Under the pieces are notes generated by a model, which saw nothing but the letters and a program-made list of their open reading frames with translations, ran no database searches and was not told the DNA's origin. A stretch of 64,000 bases of DNA, taken from Phaeosaccion multiseriatum. Lineage: Eukaryota > Protista > Ochrophyta, other classes. Shown one piece after another: positions 1-12,818 of the stretch (position 1 is the first letter of the stretch; each line of letters starts with the position of its first letter). The stretch covers positions 620,001 to 684,000 of the forward strand of contig OZ218951.1 in the NCBI GenBank assembly GCA_965112735.1, read 5' to 3'. A program made the translations under genes and the position numbers.

Positions 1-20
1 CGCCTCAGGACTCAACTCAC

Positions 21-1905
21 CAAATTCCACGTCCACCAAGTCGCTGAGGAGGGGGTAAGTCAGTGGGAGAAGGGCAGAGAGCGAGGGGAGGGGGGGTGTG
101 GTTGGGGGTTGGGCAAGTGGGCAGCACCAACGGCTTGACAAGCATGCGTATGCAAGACCGAGAAAGTCTGGGAGGAGCAAGTGAAAGCTCACCTTGGGAG
201 ATCCACGTGGTAGTTAAATCGTTCTCCAAACGAAAGCTCCAGAAGCGAGCTCGGCAAGGTGATGGGCTGAAAGAAGTCGTCCCCCACCACGAGCTTCACG
301 AGCCCACTGCAAACGCGAACCACAAGCGTCCAGAGGCGGCCAGGGAGGGGGCACACAGAAATGAGGGTGGGCAAGCAAGGTCGGTGGTACGCAGAAGGGA
401 GCACCAACACGAACGCTGGCAGCTACGATATGTCCCGCTCCCAAACAGTTGCCATGAGAGAGCACACGCACACTGTCTCCAATATACGATCGACGCAGTG
501 CCAGGACCTGAGCACGTGCGCGAGTGCCCCTCCAGCCGCACGTGTGTGCGTGAGCGGCTCTCTCTACTTCAGTACTCTTCCGTCCTCTTGTTCCACTTGC
601 CTTGGGAGCTCCAAATGCTGATTAAATGCGTACCCGAACGAAGCGATACGCAGAGAGGCGGGGAGAGATATGGGTCGATTGAATTCTCCCGCCATTTCCA
701 GCTCCTCCAGCCGCTCCGGTAACAGAATGTCTTGGTCAAAATTCAGCCCGAGGTGTAACTTCCGGAGAGAGGCTGGCAACTGAATGCTCTCATTAAACAC
801 CCCAACTATGGAGAGCTCTTCCAGAGAACTGCGGTGGAAGCACAAGAACAAAAGAATCGGAGAAGCAAGAACATGAGCAATGCAGGCATACGATCGCACC
901 CGCCCAAACACCCACTGACATGCTCCGTCCCACCCTTTACCAATGAGAAGCCTAGCCCCTCCCCCCCCCCCCCCAAATTCTGTGCCCACCTGGGCAGGCT
1001 CGGCAGTGGGCTGTTGAACAGCTCGCCTAACATTAATATTTTGAGGTTCGTGAGGCTCGAGAGCTTGAGGGAGCCCAAGTTGCGGAAGCTGTACCCCAAG
1101 TGCAGCACCTCCAGAGAGGAGGGCAGGCGGTTGCCAGGCACGGGCCCCTCGAAGAGGTCGCCCACAGCCAACACCTTGAGGCTGTCGGGCAGCACGGCGA
1201 GCGCCTTCTTGATGAGGGCTGTGGTCATTCATTCATTGGTTGGAGAGAAGAGAGTGAGAAGTCAAGTGCGGCGTGTGGGAGCGGGGTGGGAGAGGATCCA
1301 AGCCATGGACACCCCCCCATCAATCATGTCTATCATGTCTCACCTGTCTCCTCCCTCCTAAATTGCAGTGAGTAGTCTTGGGGCACCATGAAGTTGCCCT
1401 CGATACAGACCCCAAGAATCACCTCCTCCACAGGAAATCGCTGCTGTCTTCCAGTCACCCCGCTCTCCGTCTCTGCCCCCTCCTCCATGCACTCCCTCCC
1501 TCGCTTGCTTCCGCTCCTCACTAGCGGGGCTCCGTGGAAGACTGGGCTGGAGCGGAGACGCCTACGACTAGGGTTGTTGTCGATCATCATTAGCAGCCTC
1601 TGCTTCACATCCTCTGGTGTGTAGGAGGTCAGGGTTATGGGCCGCGGCGTGAGCTCGTCTAAGGACCGGCAGATCCCATAAAGCTCCTCCAGCGGCCAGA
1701 AGGCTCTCACAACGATACTTGCGACCTGCCACCCATTTCCTCCGTTGGACGGGATCGTAGACAACCCTCCCCCGTTGCTTGGGAGGCGTCCATTTCCCAA
1801 CGCCAAGGGGGTGGGTCTTCCCTTTGGCTTGCCGCCCTGGTCCCTCTTACTCCCCCTCGACCTCCCATTCCTGCCGCCACTGCTGCTACTCCCACCACTA
1901 CTCAT
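21..1905 (-). CDS. FNIP-like (LRR-type) repeat protein, 3' end runs off the window start
   Basis: Exons ~1905-1344, 1218-990, 828-601, 306-193, 43-21 splice in frame (intron 600-307 has a GC donor, AAG|GCAAGT). Repeats LPxxLxxLxxGxxFNxxI, e.g. LPSSLEELSIVGVFNESIQ, LPSSLLELSFGERFNYHVD. Confidence 0.8.
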
Positions 1906-2276
1906 GTCCTGATGTGTGGTTTGCTGTCTCTTTTTCTACTCCTTGGCTCCTGAGCGCACCCTCAGATGGGGGGCGGCTGGTCTGGAGACTAAGGTGGATA
2001 TCGTAGAGGTGATCGACGATCGAGCGCGTGCCCACACACTCCCCGTCGACTCCCGCTCTGTCCTAAAGCGAATGACGGAGCTCAAGCTTCCGTCTGGTGC
2101 CATCTGTCTTCCCCCTTTTCATTGAATTTCTTCGATTCCCTTTTGATCAACCTTTTCTCCAGCTGCTTTTCTCCCTCCCTCTATCTGCTTCTAGTGATGC
2201 TTCACACATGTTCGGTCACTGGTGCGGACGTGCTTATTTTCTTTCCATCTGTGTCTGTGTGTGTGTGTTGACTGGT

Positions 2277-4183
2277 ATGGGTAATGCTCAAGGACGAGGG
2301 CAGGTGGAGAAGCAAAAGGAGGTGAGGAGCAAGCCCCTGCAGATCCAGCAGCGAGAGGAGCAGTACTTGGAGCAGCAGATCAGGTACCAGGAGGAGCTAC
2401 GGGCGCAGTCGGATAGCAGCAAGACGCACGAGTTCCACGACCACGTAGTCGCACCCTTGACAGGCGAGCAGAGGCGTGTCATCCTTATTGGTGATGTCCA
2501 CGGCTGCTTCGATGAGCTTCAGGTATGAAGTACCGGCGAGTATAGAAGGGCAAAAAGTATGCCCTGCGTCCTCTCCCACACCCACATTTTGCCTCTGCCT
2601 TGTCCATTATGCCTGCTCAGGCGCTGCTGAAGGGCCTGGCCTACGACAAGACGTACGATCAACTGGTCCTGCTTGGGGACCTCGTGGCCAAGGGCCCAAA
2701 GAGCCTCGAGGTGGTGCGCTTTGCGATGCGGGAGGGGTGCGTTGTGGTCAGAGGCAACTGGTGCGTACGTATGGAGAGACACATGGTGTGGTGCCAAGTT
2801 GGGGGCCTTGGGTCGAGGTGCACCGCCCGTCTGCTCCTTTTTTCCTTCGTTGCTTCCTTCCTCCCTCCCTTCCTTCCTTCCTTCCTTCCTTCCTTCCTTC
2901 CTTCCTTCCTTCTTTCCTTCCTTCCTTCCCTCCTTCCTTCGCTCTATCCTCCCTGCCCCTCCTTCCCCTTCTCCTTTCGCTGGGTTCCACTTTCCCGCTC
3001 TCTCCTGGCCCCGAGTACTTACTGCCGTGACGGTTGGCCGTGGTAGTGAGCATGTGCTAGTGAGCATGGAATGACAAACGCAATGCACCATTTCTACCGC
3101 AGGGAGACTCTGGCTCTGGAGGTGGTGGACGAGTGGCTAGGCGGCAAGAAGGCCAGCAAGAAGGCGCGCAAGCAGTGCCAGTCCTTCGCGCCTAGCTTCA
3201 GCCCCGAGGAGGTGGCTTGGCTGCGCGCGATGCCCCACACTGTCCGCCTGCCTCACCTGCAGGTCAGACCGACCTCCTGAGCTTGCTCTATCTTCACGAT
3301 ATTGGTGATCTTCACTTGCTTCTTCTTCCCACGCCGATGGATGCCATGCCCCTCCCCTCGGTGGTGCGGTGATTGACATATCTGCCCCCCTCCCCTCCCC
3401 CACTCTCTCCAGGCCATTGCTGTGCACGCGGGCCTTGTGCCTGGCGTTCCGCTGGAGCAGCAAACGGACTTCAATATGGAGAACATGAGGGCCCTTGTCG
3501 AGCTGACGAGCAAGGGAGGCGACGAGGAGAGGAACAAGACGACGATGACGACGACGACGACCGAGGGGGTGGTGCAGCGAGAGAGAGCGAACCTCCCCCT
3601 CCCTTCCCCCAGGTACACCACCTCAGACGACAAGGACGACGGCAAGTCGTGGGCGTCGCTGTGGCCCGGTCCCGAACATGTGTACTTTGGTCACGACGCC
3701 GGCATGGGCCTGCAGTTGTGTGCGTACGCGACGGGTCTCGACACGGGATGCTGCAAGGGGAAGAGCCTCACGGCAAGCGTGCACGACTGCGCCCCCGGAG
3801 GAGGCGGTCTTGTCGGTTCCGATTCCGATTCCGAGACCGGTTTGGGTTTTTTCGGTTTCGGTGTCGGACCCCAAAGGGCAGGGGGGGGTAAGGAGGAGGA
3901 GGGGAGCGACATGACCGCGGCCGGAGCAGAGGGGTCATTGCTGCCCGTGCCTCGCAGGCGTATGTTCAGCATCAAGGCGTTTGAGACGGACCCGCAGGCC
4001 GTGGTTCAAGAACTCATTCTTGGGTTTGATGGTGATGCCCAAGAGGAGGGGGGGGGGGAAGAGCGTCTTGTGGTGCTGAGGCAGGAGGTGCTGCACCAGA
4101 GCGGCGAGGAGGGGCGGGGAGGAACGGCAGCAGCAGCAGCAGCAGGAGGAGGAGCAGAGAGAGAGACATGCTGGGCAAGGTAG
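2277..4183 (+). CDS. ApaH-like (ALPH) calcineurin-like metallophosphoesterase
   Basis: Exons 2277-2522, 2621-2760, 3103-3262, 3413-4183. Motifs IGDVHGC, LGDLVAKGP, RGN(W)E, VHAG, FGHDA, GLDTGC. Start codon uncertain. Confidence 0.85.
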
Positions 4184-5209
4184 CGCGTCTGCTCAGCGTC
4201 ATCGGATGCTGCTCACGCCCTTGGCCGGGGCAGTGCGAACGTGATGGATACACGTGCCGTGCGTGTGTGTGAGAGAGAGAGAAGAGAGAGCGCGAGAAAC
4301 GAACTCAGGATGCTTTCGCCGCCGGAGCTGGATGTCGACGAGAGGCGCCAAGGGGGGAGTGCCAACGGGGGGATAAACTTACACACAAGAGGAGTCAGTA
4401 GGATGGAGGCGAACAAGGCGGTGCTACAGAGGCCACCGTCGCCGCGACCACACAACCTCCGTCTGCCTTCTCGCGGCGTAGACATTTGCCCCTCTGCCTC
4501 GTCTCTTGGTCCCTTGGCCTTGCGAGCGGAGCCCGAGGCTGGATGGGTAGGGGGGAGCGTGGGGCCCTCCTCGTACAGGCCTTCCTTTGGTTGGGTGTCG
4601 CACTATTGGGTGTCGCGCTTTGGGTGTCGCTTTTGTTTGGAGGGCGTCGAGGGTAGGCATGGCCCAACGCAGCCAAGCGGCGTGTCTTGGCCCCCAGTGG
4701 GATGACGACGGCTTTGGTTTGGCTGCGACGCCCCGCACCTGAGGCAAACTAGGGAAGCACAGAGGTGGCGAGGCAAGGATGCAAATCGGTGCAGAGCCGT
4801 GACGAGGACAACTGAAGGAGATACACATCATCCGCGCTAGGCTGCCATCCGAGGCCTTGGCCTTGCAGCAATTGCGAGCTGTGCAGTGCCAGACTTTCAC
4901 AACAGGACAAAAGAAACGTGAGAAAAAAGAAAGTGTAATGCTTTGATGCTCTATATTTGGGCCACCCAAGGCCCAAAGGCTGCTGCCACCCGCCCCTTCC
5001 TTTTAAAGACAAGCCCTGCTTCGCCTCCGTCCATTGTACACTTCCACACTACCATCTCTCTTTTGATGCTCTGCGATACCTCCTACTCCCTCTTCATCCC
5101 CCAGCCCGCCCCGAAATTTGATCCTCCATCGTCCAAACTTCAAAAATGTGATCCCCTCCCTCATCGGCTGCTCCTCCTGGTCCTCCTCTTGAGTACTTCG
5201 TTCTTTTGT

Positions 5210-7038
5210 TTACATGTCCACCAGCTCCGGGAAGTCGGCAATAACGTCCTGCCTGCTCAGCGTGTCCCAGTCCTGCTCCGGCGTCCACAGCAGCTCGGCC
5301 GCCAACAGGTTGTCGCCCCCCTCGCTCTGCACATCCCCCGCCAACTGTGACAGCGCGGACTTGAGTTGGCTCATGCTGGCCACGCCGTCGCCGAGCCCGT
5401 ACTGCTTAAGCGAGTCTCCCCTCAGCGCCAGCACCAGTGTCACCACTGCCTGCGTGGGGCCTCCCATGCCGCCGCTGCTCTTCTCCTCCCTCAGGTCAAG
5501 CCCGTCCTGCTTTGCGAAGGTCTCCTTTTCCACCTTTGCTCTCTCCTCAAAGGCAATGGCGTTGAACTTTGACTCCGCCTTGTCCATGTTGCGGTTACCA
5601 AGATGCTCATACGCGGCTGCCCCTGCGGTCCAGTCGTTCTGTCTTCGCACAAGCGCCAGCGACGCCTCAGACACGGCCGAGCTCAGGCCTCCCATGCTGG
5701 AGAGCAAAGAGTCAGACGAGAGCACACGAGGTGAGTGGATGTATACGTACGGGAGAGGGGGGGGTAAGTGTGTGTGCTAAAAGAGGTGTACCAAGCGCAA
5801 GCCTTGCCTGCCCTAGCGTCACTCTCGCCGCCTCCCCATCAGGACCTACACCGCCGACTATGAGAAACGGTTCCTTGCGGACGTATGAGAAAGTACAGTG
5901 TACTCACTTCTGTGTCTCCGCTCGGCGGGCAATCTCCCGCAGCTGGCCGATGATCCCGCTCGTGCTTCGGTCTCCGCAGTTGAGGGCGACCTGAACCTTG
6001 ATGACGGAGGCCCCGTTGCCCAGGCTGCTGTAGCTGTCCTCGTCGTACTCTCGGAAGCCCCCTCCGCCGCTGTTCAGCACCGAGGAGATGCCGTAGAGCA
6101 CGCCGCCAACTACGAGCGTGTGGGTGGGAGCAAGGCGGGGAGAGGAGAGCGACGCGTCAATGAAATGACACCCTTGTCTCAAGCACGGAAAGAAATCCCC
6201 AAAGTACCTAATCTTCCTACGCACCGATGAGCAGATTGATCGGATTGAAGCCGATTCCCATTCCCATACCGCCGTAGCCGAAGGGAGAGAAGCCCATGCC
6301 GTAGCCTCCTCCGAAGCCGAAGGGTGAGAACATGGGCACCGCAACGGGAACAGGCATGATACCTCCTCCGCTGCTGCGCATGGGCGTGCTGTAGGAGCGC
6401 GTGGGGGCAGACATGGACCGCGAACGCTGCGAGGTGGGGGTGGGGGGAAGGTGGAAGGTGGAAGGAAAAGGCGGAGAGGGTAAGAGACCAGCTGCTGCGT
6501 AGAGGTAAACATGCGAAATGTCCCGCACGCAGAAAAAGCAAACGTAAAGAGAGACCTTCCCATCTCTCTCTCCTGTCCTTACCATTCCTCCCCCTCCTCC
6601 GAAGCTGCTTCGGCCCCCCATGCGTCCTCCGGACGAAGCGGCCATTGCATCTCCTGGCAGCGCCCCGGCGACAGCGGCGGCAATCATGGCCACCGCACCG
6701 AGGGTGGTGGCCTTCTTGGACAAGTCCTGGCGGAGGTTCTCCCAGAACTGAGGCAGACCTACCGCAGCGGGTGCCTCGGGTGACGCAGGCGTCGCCTCCT
6801 GCGCGGTGTCCTTGTCAGACTTCATCATGCTCATCGCGGTTCCTCGCGGTCGAATGGGGGATGCTCCCATGGGGACACGTGCCGCGGGGGAAAAGCTCCC
6901 GGCGGACGACGCGGAGAATGACTGGGGGGAAGAGGCCACGCCCGCGGACGGGGCGAAGGCGAAGGCAGATGCACCATGGAGCGGAGCCGCTGCCGCCGCG
7001 GCTGCCAGGCACGCACTTGCACTTGCTGTGAACTTCAT
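5210..7038 (-). CDS. Plastid-targeted DUF1517 / FLAP1-like protein
   Basis: Exons ~7038-6583, 6426-6225, 6109-5909, 5696-5210. Signal peptide ending GASA-FAFAP; AASSGGRMGGRSSF, VIKVQVAL, EASLALVR, ELLWTPEQDWDTLS...FPELVDM are typical of DUF1517. Confidence 0.88.
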
Positions 7039-7420
7039 TGTGCTGCTTCGGCAAAAACAAAGATCTCCCTCTCTTTCACCCTCTCTTGTGCTCTGTACTA
7101 CTGAAGGGCTGGTCGGAACTGCTCCCCTCTCTTTGCAACTCTTCTCCGGTTGCTATACGTGCGGTTGCTACTGTAAAGCAAGACTACTCTTCTCTCGCGA
7201 ATGTCTCTGTTGAAGGCGGAGAGGGGACAAGGCTCATGAATCCTGAGTTGTTTGGGACCCCTTGGGAAATCGGCTTGTCTGGCCCATACGCTTCTGGCTG
7301 CCCATACGCTCCTGAATGCCTCCCACCGACACCCGACGAAGCTTGTTGCTTTGGATGTGAGCGGGACGGAGAGCAGAGAGAGAGAGCACAGAGAAGCGGT
7401 GGGGGGAAGCAGGAGGGAGG

Positions 7421-9071
7421 ATGGCCCTCTTTTGGCTGAACGCGGTGCTGGTGCAGCTGGTGGCCCTGTTGCTCTTCGGAAGGGAGACGCTCGTTGGCGC
7501 CCTGCCCTGCCTGCCAGACGGCGTGAGCAACGACGTGACCATCGGGGACAGCACCTACGTTTGCCTGGTGCTAAATAACTTGGACTGGAACGAGGGCGCC
7601 GAGTCGGGCGGGCAGTACGCGCAGGTGGTGATCAAGCCAGATGCCGACGAGTTCAGCAGGATCAAGCTGGAAGACTGTAAGTGTTGTTTTCGTTGTGTGT
7701 GTGACTGACGAGCGCAGCAGTACCAATCATCAGTGCGCTTTCGCAGGAACCATTCCCATATCCGTGCTGGGTTGCTGACGGCGCTTGCTCGTGTGGAAGG
7801 TATACCCCTTGTAGAGTTTTCTTGTTCCCTGGGAGGCCTGTTGGGATTATCTACGAGACCCCCATCATCTTTATCAGTGTCCTGTCTGATCTGTATGGCG
7901 GGGCATGCCGCAACCTCATGCACCAGAGGCTCGTGGCCGTGACGCGCTCAGTTGTTTCACGGGGTAACGGTAACTGTACTTGTCGGACGTCCTTTGGAAC
8001 TCGCCAGCAGTCCATGTACCATCGGGCGGTCCTCCCCTTTGCCCCTCAGCTTGCTCCGACCGCCTCAGCGTGTGCCCTGACCGGCTTCTCACGTTGTTCT
8101 GCCCTTCGCTCGCCTCCCGTTCTCCACCCTCCTTCCGTCCTTCTCTCTCTGTCTATCTCACCTCTCTTCATCCCTCTCGATCGCTTTCTCTCCCTCTATG
8201 TCGACGTCTCGCTCTCTCTGTCTGTCTCTCTCTGTTGCTGGCCGAATGGCGCCTGCCTGCCTTCCTTCCTTTCCCTTTCTTCTTGCTCAGCGTGGACAAC
8301 CGACTCTGGGGGGCTGGTCGACTCGTTCGGCCCGCAGATAGCCTTCCACGTGGAGTCCATGGGAGGTGAGACTGCTCGTCGCACATGGACCCCAAGAGAT
8401 GTCACATGCATCAAATGACATTTATACCTTTGTGGAGAGATGCTGGCCCGGAGGGAGCAATGAACGGCTGTCGGTTCTCCAGGACAAGACTTGCTCTTCT
8501 CAGCTTTCAGCGGTCCTCCTCCCTTCCCTTTCTCTGTCTTTTTTTCTGCCGCTCATCGCCTGCCCCCCCCCCACCTCCTTCACCTTGTTATTCTTTCCTA
8601 CTGCTACCTTCCGATACTCTCCTGCGCCCCCCGGGCCCACCCACGCCCCCAGTCACAAGCTTTCAGAAGATGTTCCGCGACACCACAGTCACCAACGGCC
8701 GAACGAGCAGCCTGTTCACAGCCATTGTGTTTGTAGATGAGGGCACAGTCACGGGTATTACTTTCGACGACGGCTGCCACTTCTGCGGGTCCTCCAGCTG
8801 TGCAGAGAACACCTTCAACTACCGTGGTAACGCCACCGTGACCGGGGGGAGCGACTGCTTCTGGGATGACGCCGCGTGTGTGCTGGGAGACTCGGGCAGC
8901 GAGGCGAGCGACTTGTGCCAGCTGACTGTGTATGTGGTGTGGACGGGGACGGACAGCAATGGCAACTACTTTTCGAGTGCGCAGAAGCGGCTGTCGGCGT
9001 TTACAAGTGAGGCGGTGAACGACTATGTCGACGATGTGCAGTCTAAGGCGTCCTCCGTCAGCGTGCGATAG
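7421..9071 (+). CDS. Secreted Cys-containing protein of unknown function
   Basis: Signal peptide MALFWLNAVLVQLVALLLFG; exons ~7421-7676, 8291-8366, 8653-9071 in frame; motifs ITFDDGCHFC and YVVWTGTDSNGNYFSS. Confidence 0.75.
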
Positions 9072-9205
9072 GGCTGGAGGGAGGCCGAGAGGAGAGGAAC
9101 GTACCCAGCCCACTAGGGACCCGCGAAAGAAGTCGACAATGGGGAAGGGCGGTTGGGAGGTGCCCAAGCTAGAATTTCGCCACTTGCTCTCGCTGCCTTG
9201 TTTCC

Positions 9206-9250
<45 letters not shown>

Positions 9251-10783
9251 TGGTGATACAGCAGCAGAAAGGAGCATGTGTGGACAAGAGGGAAGGGAGT
9301 GCGTGTGGAGTGCGCTTGCTCCCACGCAGAGAGGAACGGCGGCTCCACTGCCGCTGCCCTGGGGGTAGGGGGGGTGCTGGCCTCCCCACGACTTTGGTCT
9401 TGCTCAGGGCGCAGAACGGATGGTTTCCGCATCGGCAATCTCTCTTTGTGTGGGCATGGCCTCCATCGATGCACCTCAGAATGTGGGCTTCCCCCATGAG
9501 GAGCAGGCAGGCGGAGTATTTCTGTCCACGACCGAGGGATGCAGTTTGAGTTTCGGCTGTAGGGCGCGTGCTGCCACCGGGACCGATAGGTCTGCGGGTC
9601 GATGAACTACAACTGGTGCAGTGGGCTGCAAGAAGTGCCATTTTTTGGGAGAGGAGTGAAGTAGGAAGCCCGGCAAGGCCAACACTGTCCGTGTAGCACT
9701 CAAACCCTTTTTGTTTATTGTAACCCTTGAAGCTGAGCTGAGTCAAGTGCTTCTTCGACAAAATACAATGTCCATTATACGTGTATGTATTTCTAGTACC
9801 TTCCCTGTGGAGAGGTATCCAGGTTCCCCCCCCTTTGTGCGCTGGAACGAAAGGCGCGTCGTCTCTATCCTCAAATCGTATGCTTGTAAGGTAAGGTGTA
9901 TTCGCCACAGTCTCCTGTCGCGCACCCCTTCCCCCTCGGGGTGGCCCCTGCCCAGTGTATCCAGGCATGCCTTCCAAGGTCAGGTCCTTTCCTTCTGTGG
10001 TCTCGCCCTGTGTCCTCCCTCCTCCCTCTACTCCCACTTCTCTCTTGATCTCTCTCCCAGCAGCGGGATAGGCCCACCGCATGTAGAGAGGCCACCGCAC
10101 CGAGTGTGAGGCGGCGGCAAAAAACACTCAAGACTAACTCTTACGCTCTTACTTCATCCTACCCCACATACACCTGTAACACTTCCTCTCGCACGTATAT
10201 ACCACTCGCACGTTCAGTTTGATGATCTCCTCCCCCCCCAGCTCGCAGCGCCTGCCTGCCCCACGCGTACCCGCCGCACACGCCGCGTCTCGTGTCATGC
10301 CCAAGCCCCCAGCGCCCCTGCCCCCTGGCGTCCTTCCTGTCCAGACTATTTGGTCTCTTCCTCTTGGTGACACCCCTCCTCCTTGCCAAGTCTCCCACAG
10401 TGAATCCTTGCAAAGAGAAGGGGGGAACTTGCCGTCTCGAATCTCTGTCACTCCCCTTGAAGAGGATTAGCTGCATTGTGTTTGCCGATTCGTTGGCACC
10501 TTGCATGTGCTCAACCACCCTCACCCCCAGAGTCCCATCTGCCCCCCCCTGGACGGGAGAGAGAGAGACTCGTCTCGTATACGCTGTGGGAGAACATGTC
10601 TTGCCCCTGACCCTGCCCCTGTCTGCCTCTCTCGCCCCTCCTCCGTGTATGCTTAGTTTCCCATTTGACGAACGCTGGAAACTCGCTCCCTGTCCTCCTC
10701 CTTGCGTCCCTCACGCGCCCCCCTGGAAGTTGGCTCTGCTGCTGCCTAGCAAGTAAGCAACGCTCGCTTGGTGAGATACAAGC

Positions 10784-12146
10784 TCAGCCCAGTGACTCCT
10801 CCAGCCTCTGAGCGAGGTCCGCCTTCTTCCCATCGCAGCTCAGCCCCCTGCGCTGCAGCTCCTCTTTCAGTTGGGCAACCTTCATGCGACCGACTTCGAC
10901 CGCCGTGAGCCCGTCCTGCTCCGCACCTTCTCCGTCATCGCCGTCGGCGTCATCATTGACAACTCCCACGCCATCGCCGTCATGTGCATTCGCATCTGCG
11001 CTGCCGCCTTCAGCAGCACCACTCTCAATCTCTTCCTTCTGCTCCTCCTCGTCCTCCTCCTTCTTGCCATTCTTCTTGTCATCCCGGGTGCTCTCTGTCT
11101 TGCCGTCCCTCCTGTTGTCCTCGTCCCTCACTGCAGGAGGGGGGCTCCTGCTCCTGCTCCTACTCCTACTCCTGCTCTTGCTCCTCCTCTTTGAAGCGGA
11201 CGGTGGGCGCTCTGGGCTTCTCTTCCTCCTCTTACCATCTCTCTCGGGGCTCTTACTCTTGCTACGACTCCTTCCTCTGCTCTTGCTTCGGCTGTCTCGT
11301 CTTCGCTTCTCCCGCCTGTCCGGGCTGCGGCTGTCCCTATCTCTGCGATTCGTCTCCCTGTCTCGACCCCTGTCCCTATCTCTATCCATATCCCTGCCTC
11401 TCTCCCGATCACGGTCTCGGTCTCCACCTGGCGAGGGGCTCCTCCGCCTCCTCCGGGGCGGGGAGTCCCTCGAGTCCCGCCCTCTCCCGCGATCTCTGTC
11501 ACGCGAGTAGCTTCTCCCCCCGCCCCTAGAGCCTCGTCGATCTCGATCTCGATCACGATCTCGATCACGATCTCGGCCGAAATCACGGTCCCGTGACCTC
11601 GACCTCGACCTCGACCTCGATCTCCTCCCCCATGCCCTGCCCATATCTCGCCCTCTTCCACCCCCCCCTCCTCCTCCTCCCGTTCTCCTCTTTCCCCACT
11701 CCACCGTCAGCCTCCTTCCGCTGATCTGCGTGCCGTCCAATGCATCTGAAGGGGGAAAGACATGGCGGCAACGGGAGGGAGGGCCAGAGCCGGAGAGGAA
11801 GGCACGAGCAGATTAAACGTTTAAACGGCGAAAGGAGGGATTTGGAGCGGGAGAGGTTAGGAGAGAAGCATGATCCATCGGCATCCATGGGATCACACAG
11901 AAGAAAGAGGCGAGAGAGAGAGGAGAGGGGAGGGAGAGAACGATGTAGGTGGTTCGTTTTGTTCTCACTTCTTCATTCCTCCCCACCTTTTGCGTCCTCA
12001 GCATCACCCTTCTCGTCAAACTCAACGAAGGCAAAGCGCCCCCCTCCCTTCATATCCAAATAGCAGCGCCCATACTTGAGGAAGGCCTCCTCCAGCTCAC
12101 TCCCGGAAACGTCAAAGGGTAAGTTGCCAACGAACAGCGTTGCCAT
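10784..12146 (-). CDS. SR-family RNA-binding protein: RRM + RS/RD domain + C-terminal SAP domain
   Basis: Exon 1 12146-11987 (MATLFVGNLPFD = RNP2, GRFAFVEF = RNP1); exon 2 11745-10784 (LDGTQISGRRLTVEW, RS/RD dipeptides, MKVAQLKEELQRRGLSCDGKKADLAQRL = SAP). Confidence 0.9.
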
Positions 12147-12818
12147 GATAGGATCGATCCTTCCGTACAGGTAGGAAGCTTCTGTGGATGATGAAAACTA
12201 GCTTCAACGCCACAGTCCTTCTCCTTCACACCTACACCTCCCTCCTCTCCCCACTCCTATTCGACAAGGACAGTGCGAGAGCAGCAGAAGCGGAGCAGGA
12301 CGTCTTTCAGCAACTTGGGCAGCAGCAGCAGCAGCGGACACCCATCATTCACTACATAAGGTTACGTACCTTGGCCTCCCCCCCTGGGCATATGTTGGTG
12401 TTTGTCAGAAGGGATCTCCCTCAAATTCATCAGAGAGTGTACCACCAAAGAAAAGAACAGCAAAACAGAGACAAGAACTGACAGGACTTTGCTTGCGGTT
12501 TGTGCTGTGGAGAGGGAGAGGAACGGCACCAGAACAGGGCGCTATTAAGTTGAGCCGAGCTTGTCAGACGCAACAGCTCAGCAAGCGACCTTTTGATACC
12601 ACCTTTTCTGAGGAACGACTGAACCAATTAATTTAGAAGCAGCGCTAGCAGTAAGGAGCTGAGGAAGCATTGTGTGTCGGGGCTGTGGTTGAAGAAGCAT
12701 TAGCAGTGATGCCAGGAAAATAATGGCCTCTTGAATCTGAGACTCCAAATTGTACCTATAATTCGGCGAGCTACACCCAGGACGCCTAGGAAGCTGAGAG
12801 TTGAGGGAATTGTTAGCC

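Noticed and set aside
1-1905. FNIP gene as a giant-virus insertion
   Set aside because: It has host-type spliceosomal introns and no viral hallmark genes nearby.
8604-10127. 507-aa minus-strand ORF
   Set aside because: No recognisable motifs, overlaps a better-supported plus-strand exon and crosses a CAG repeat.
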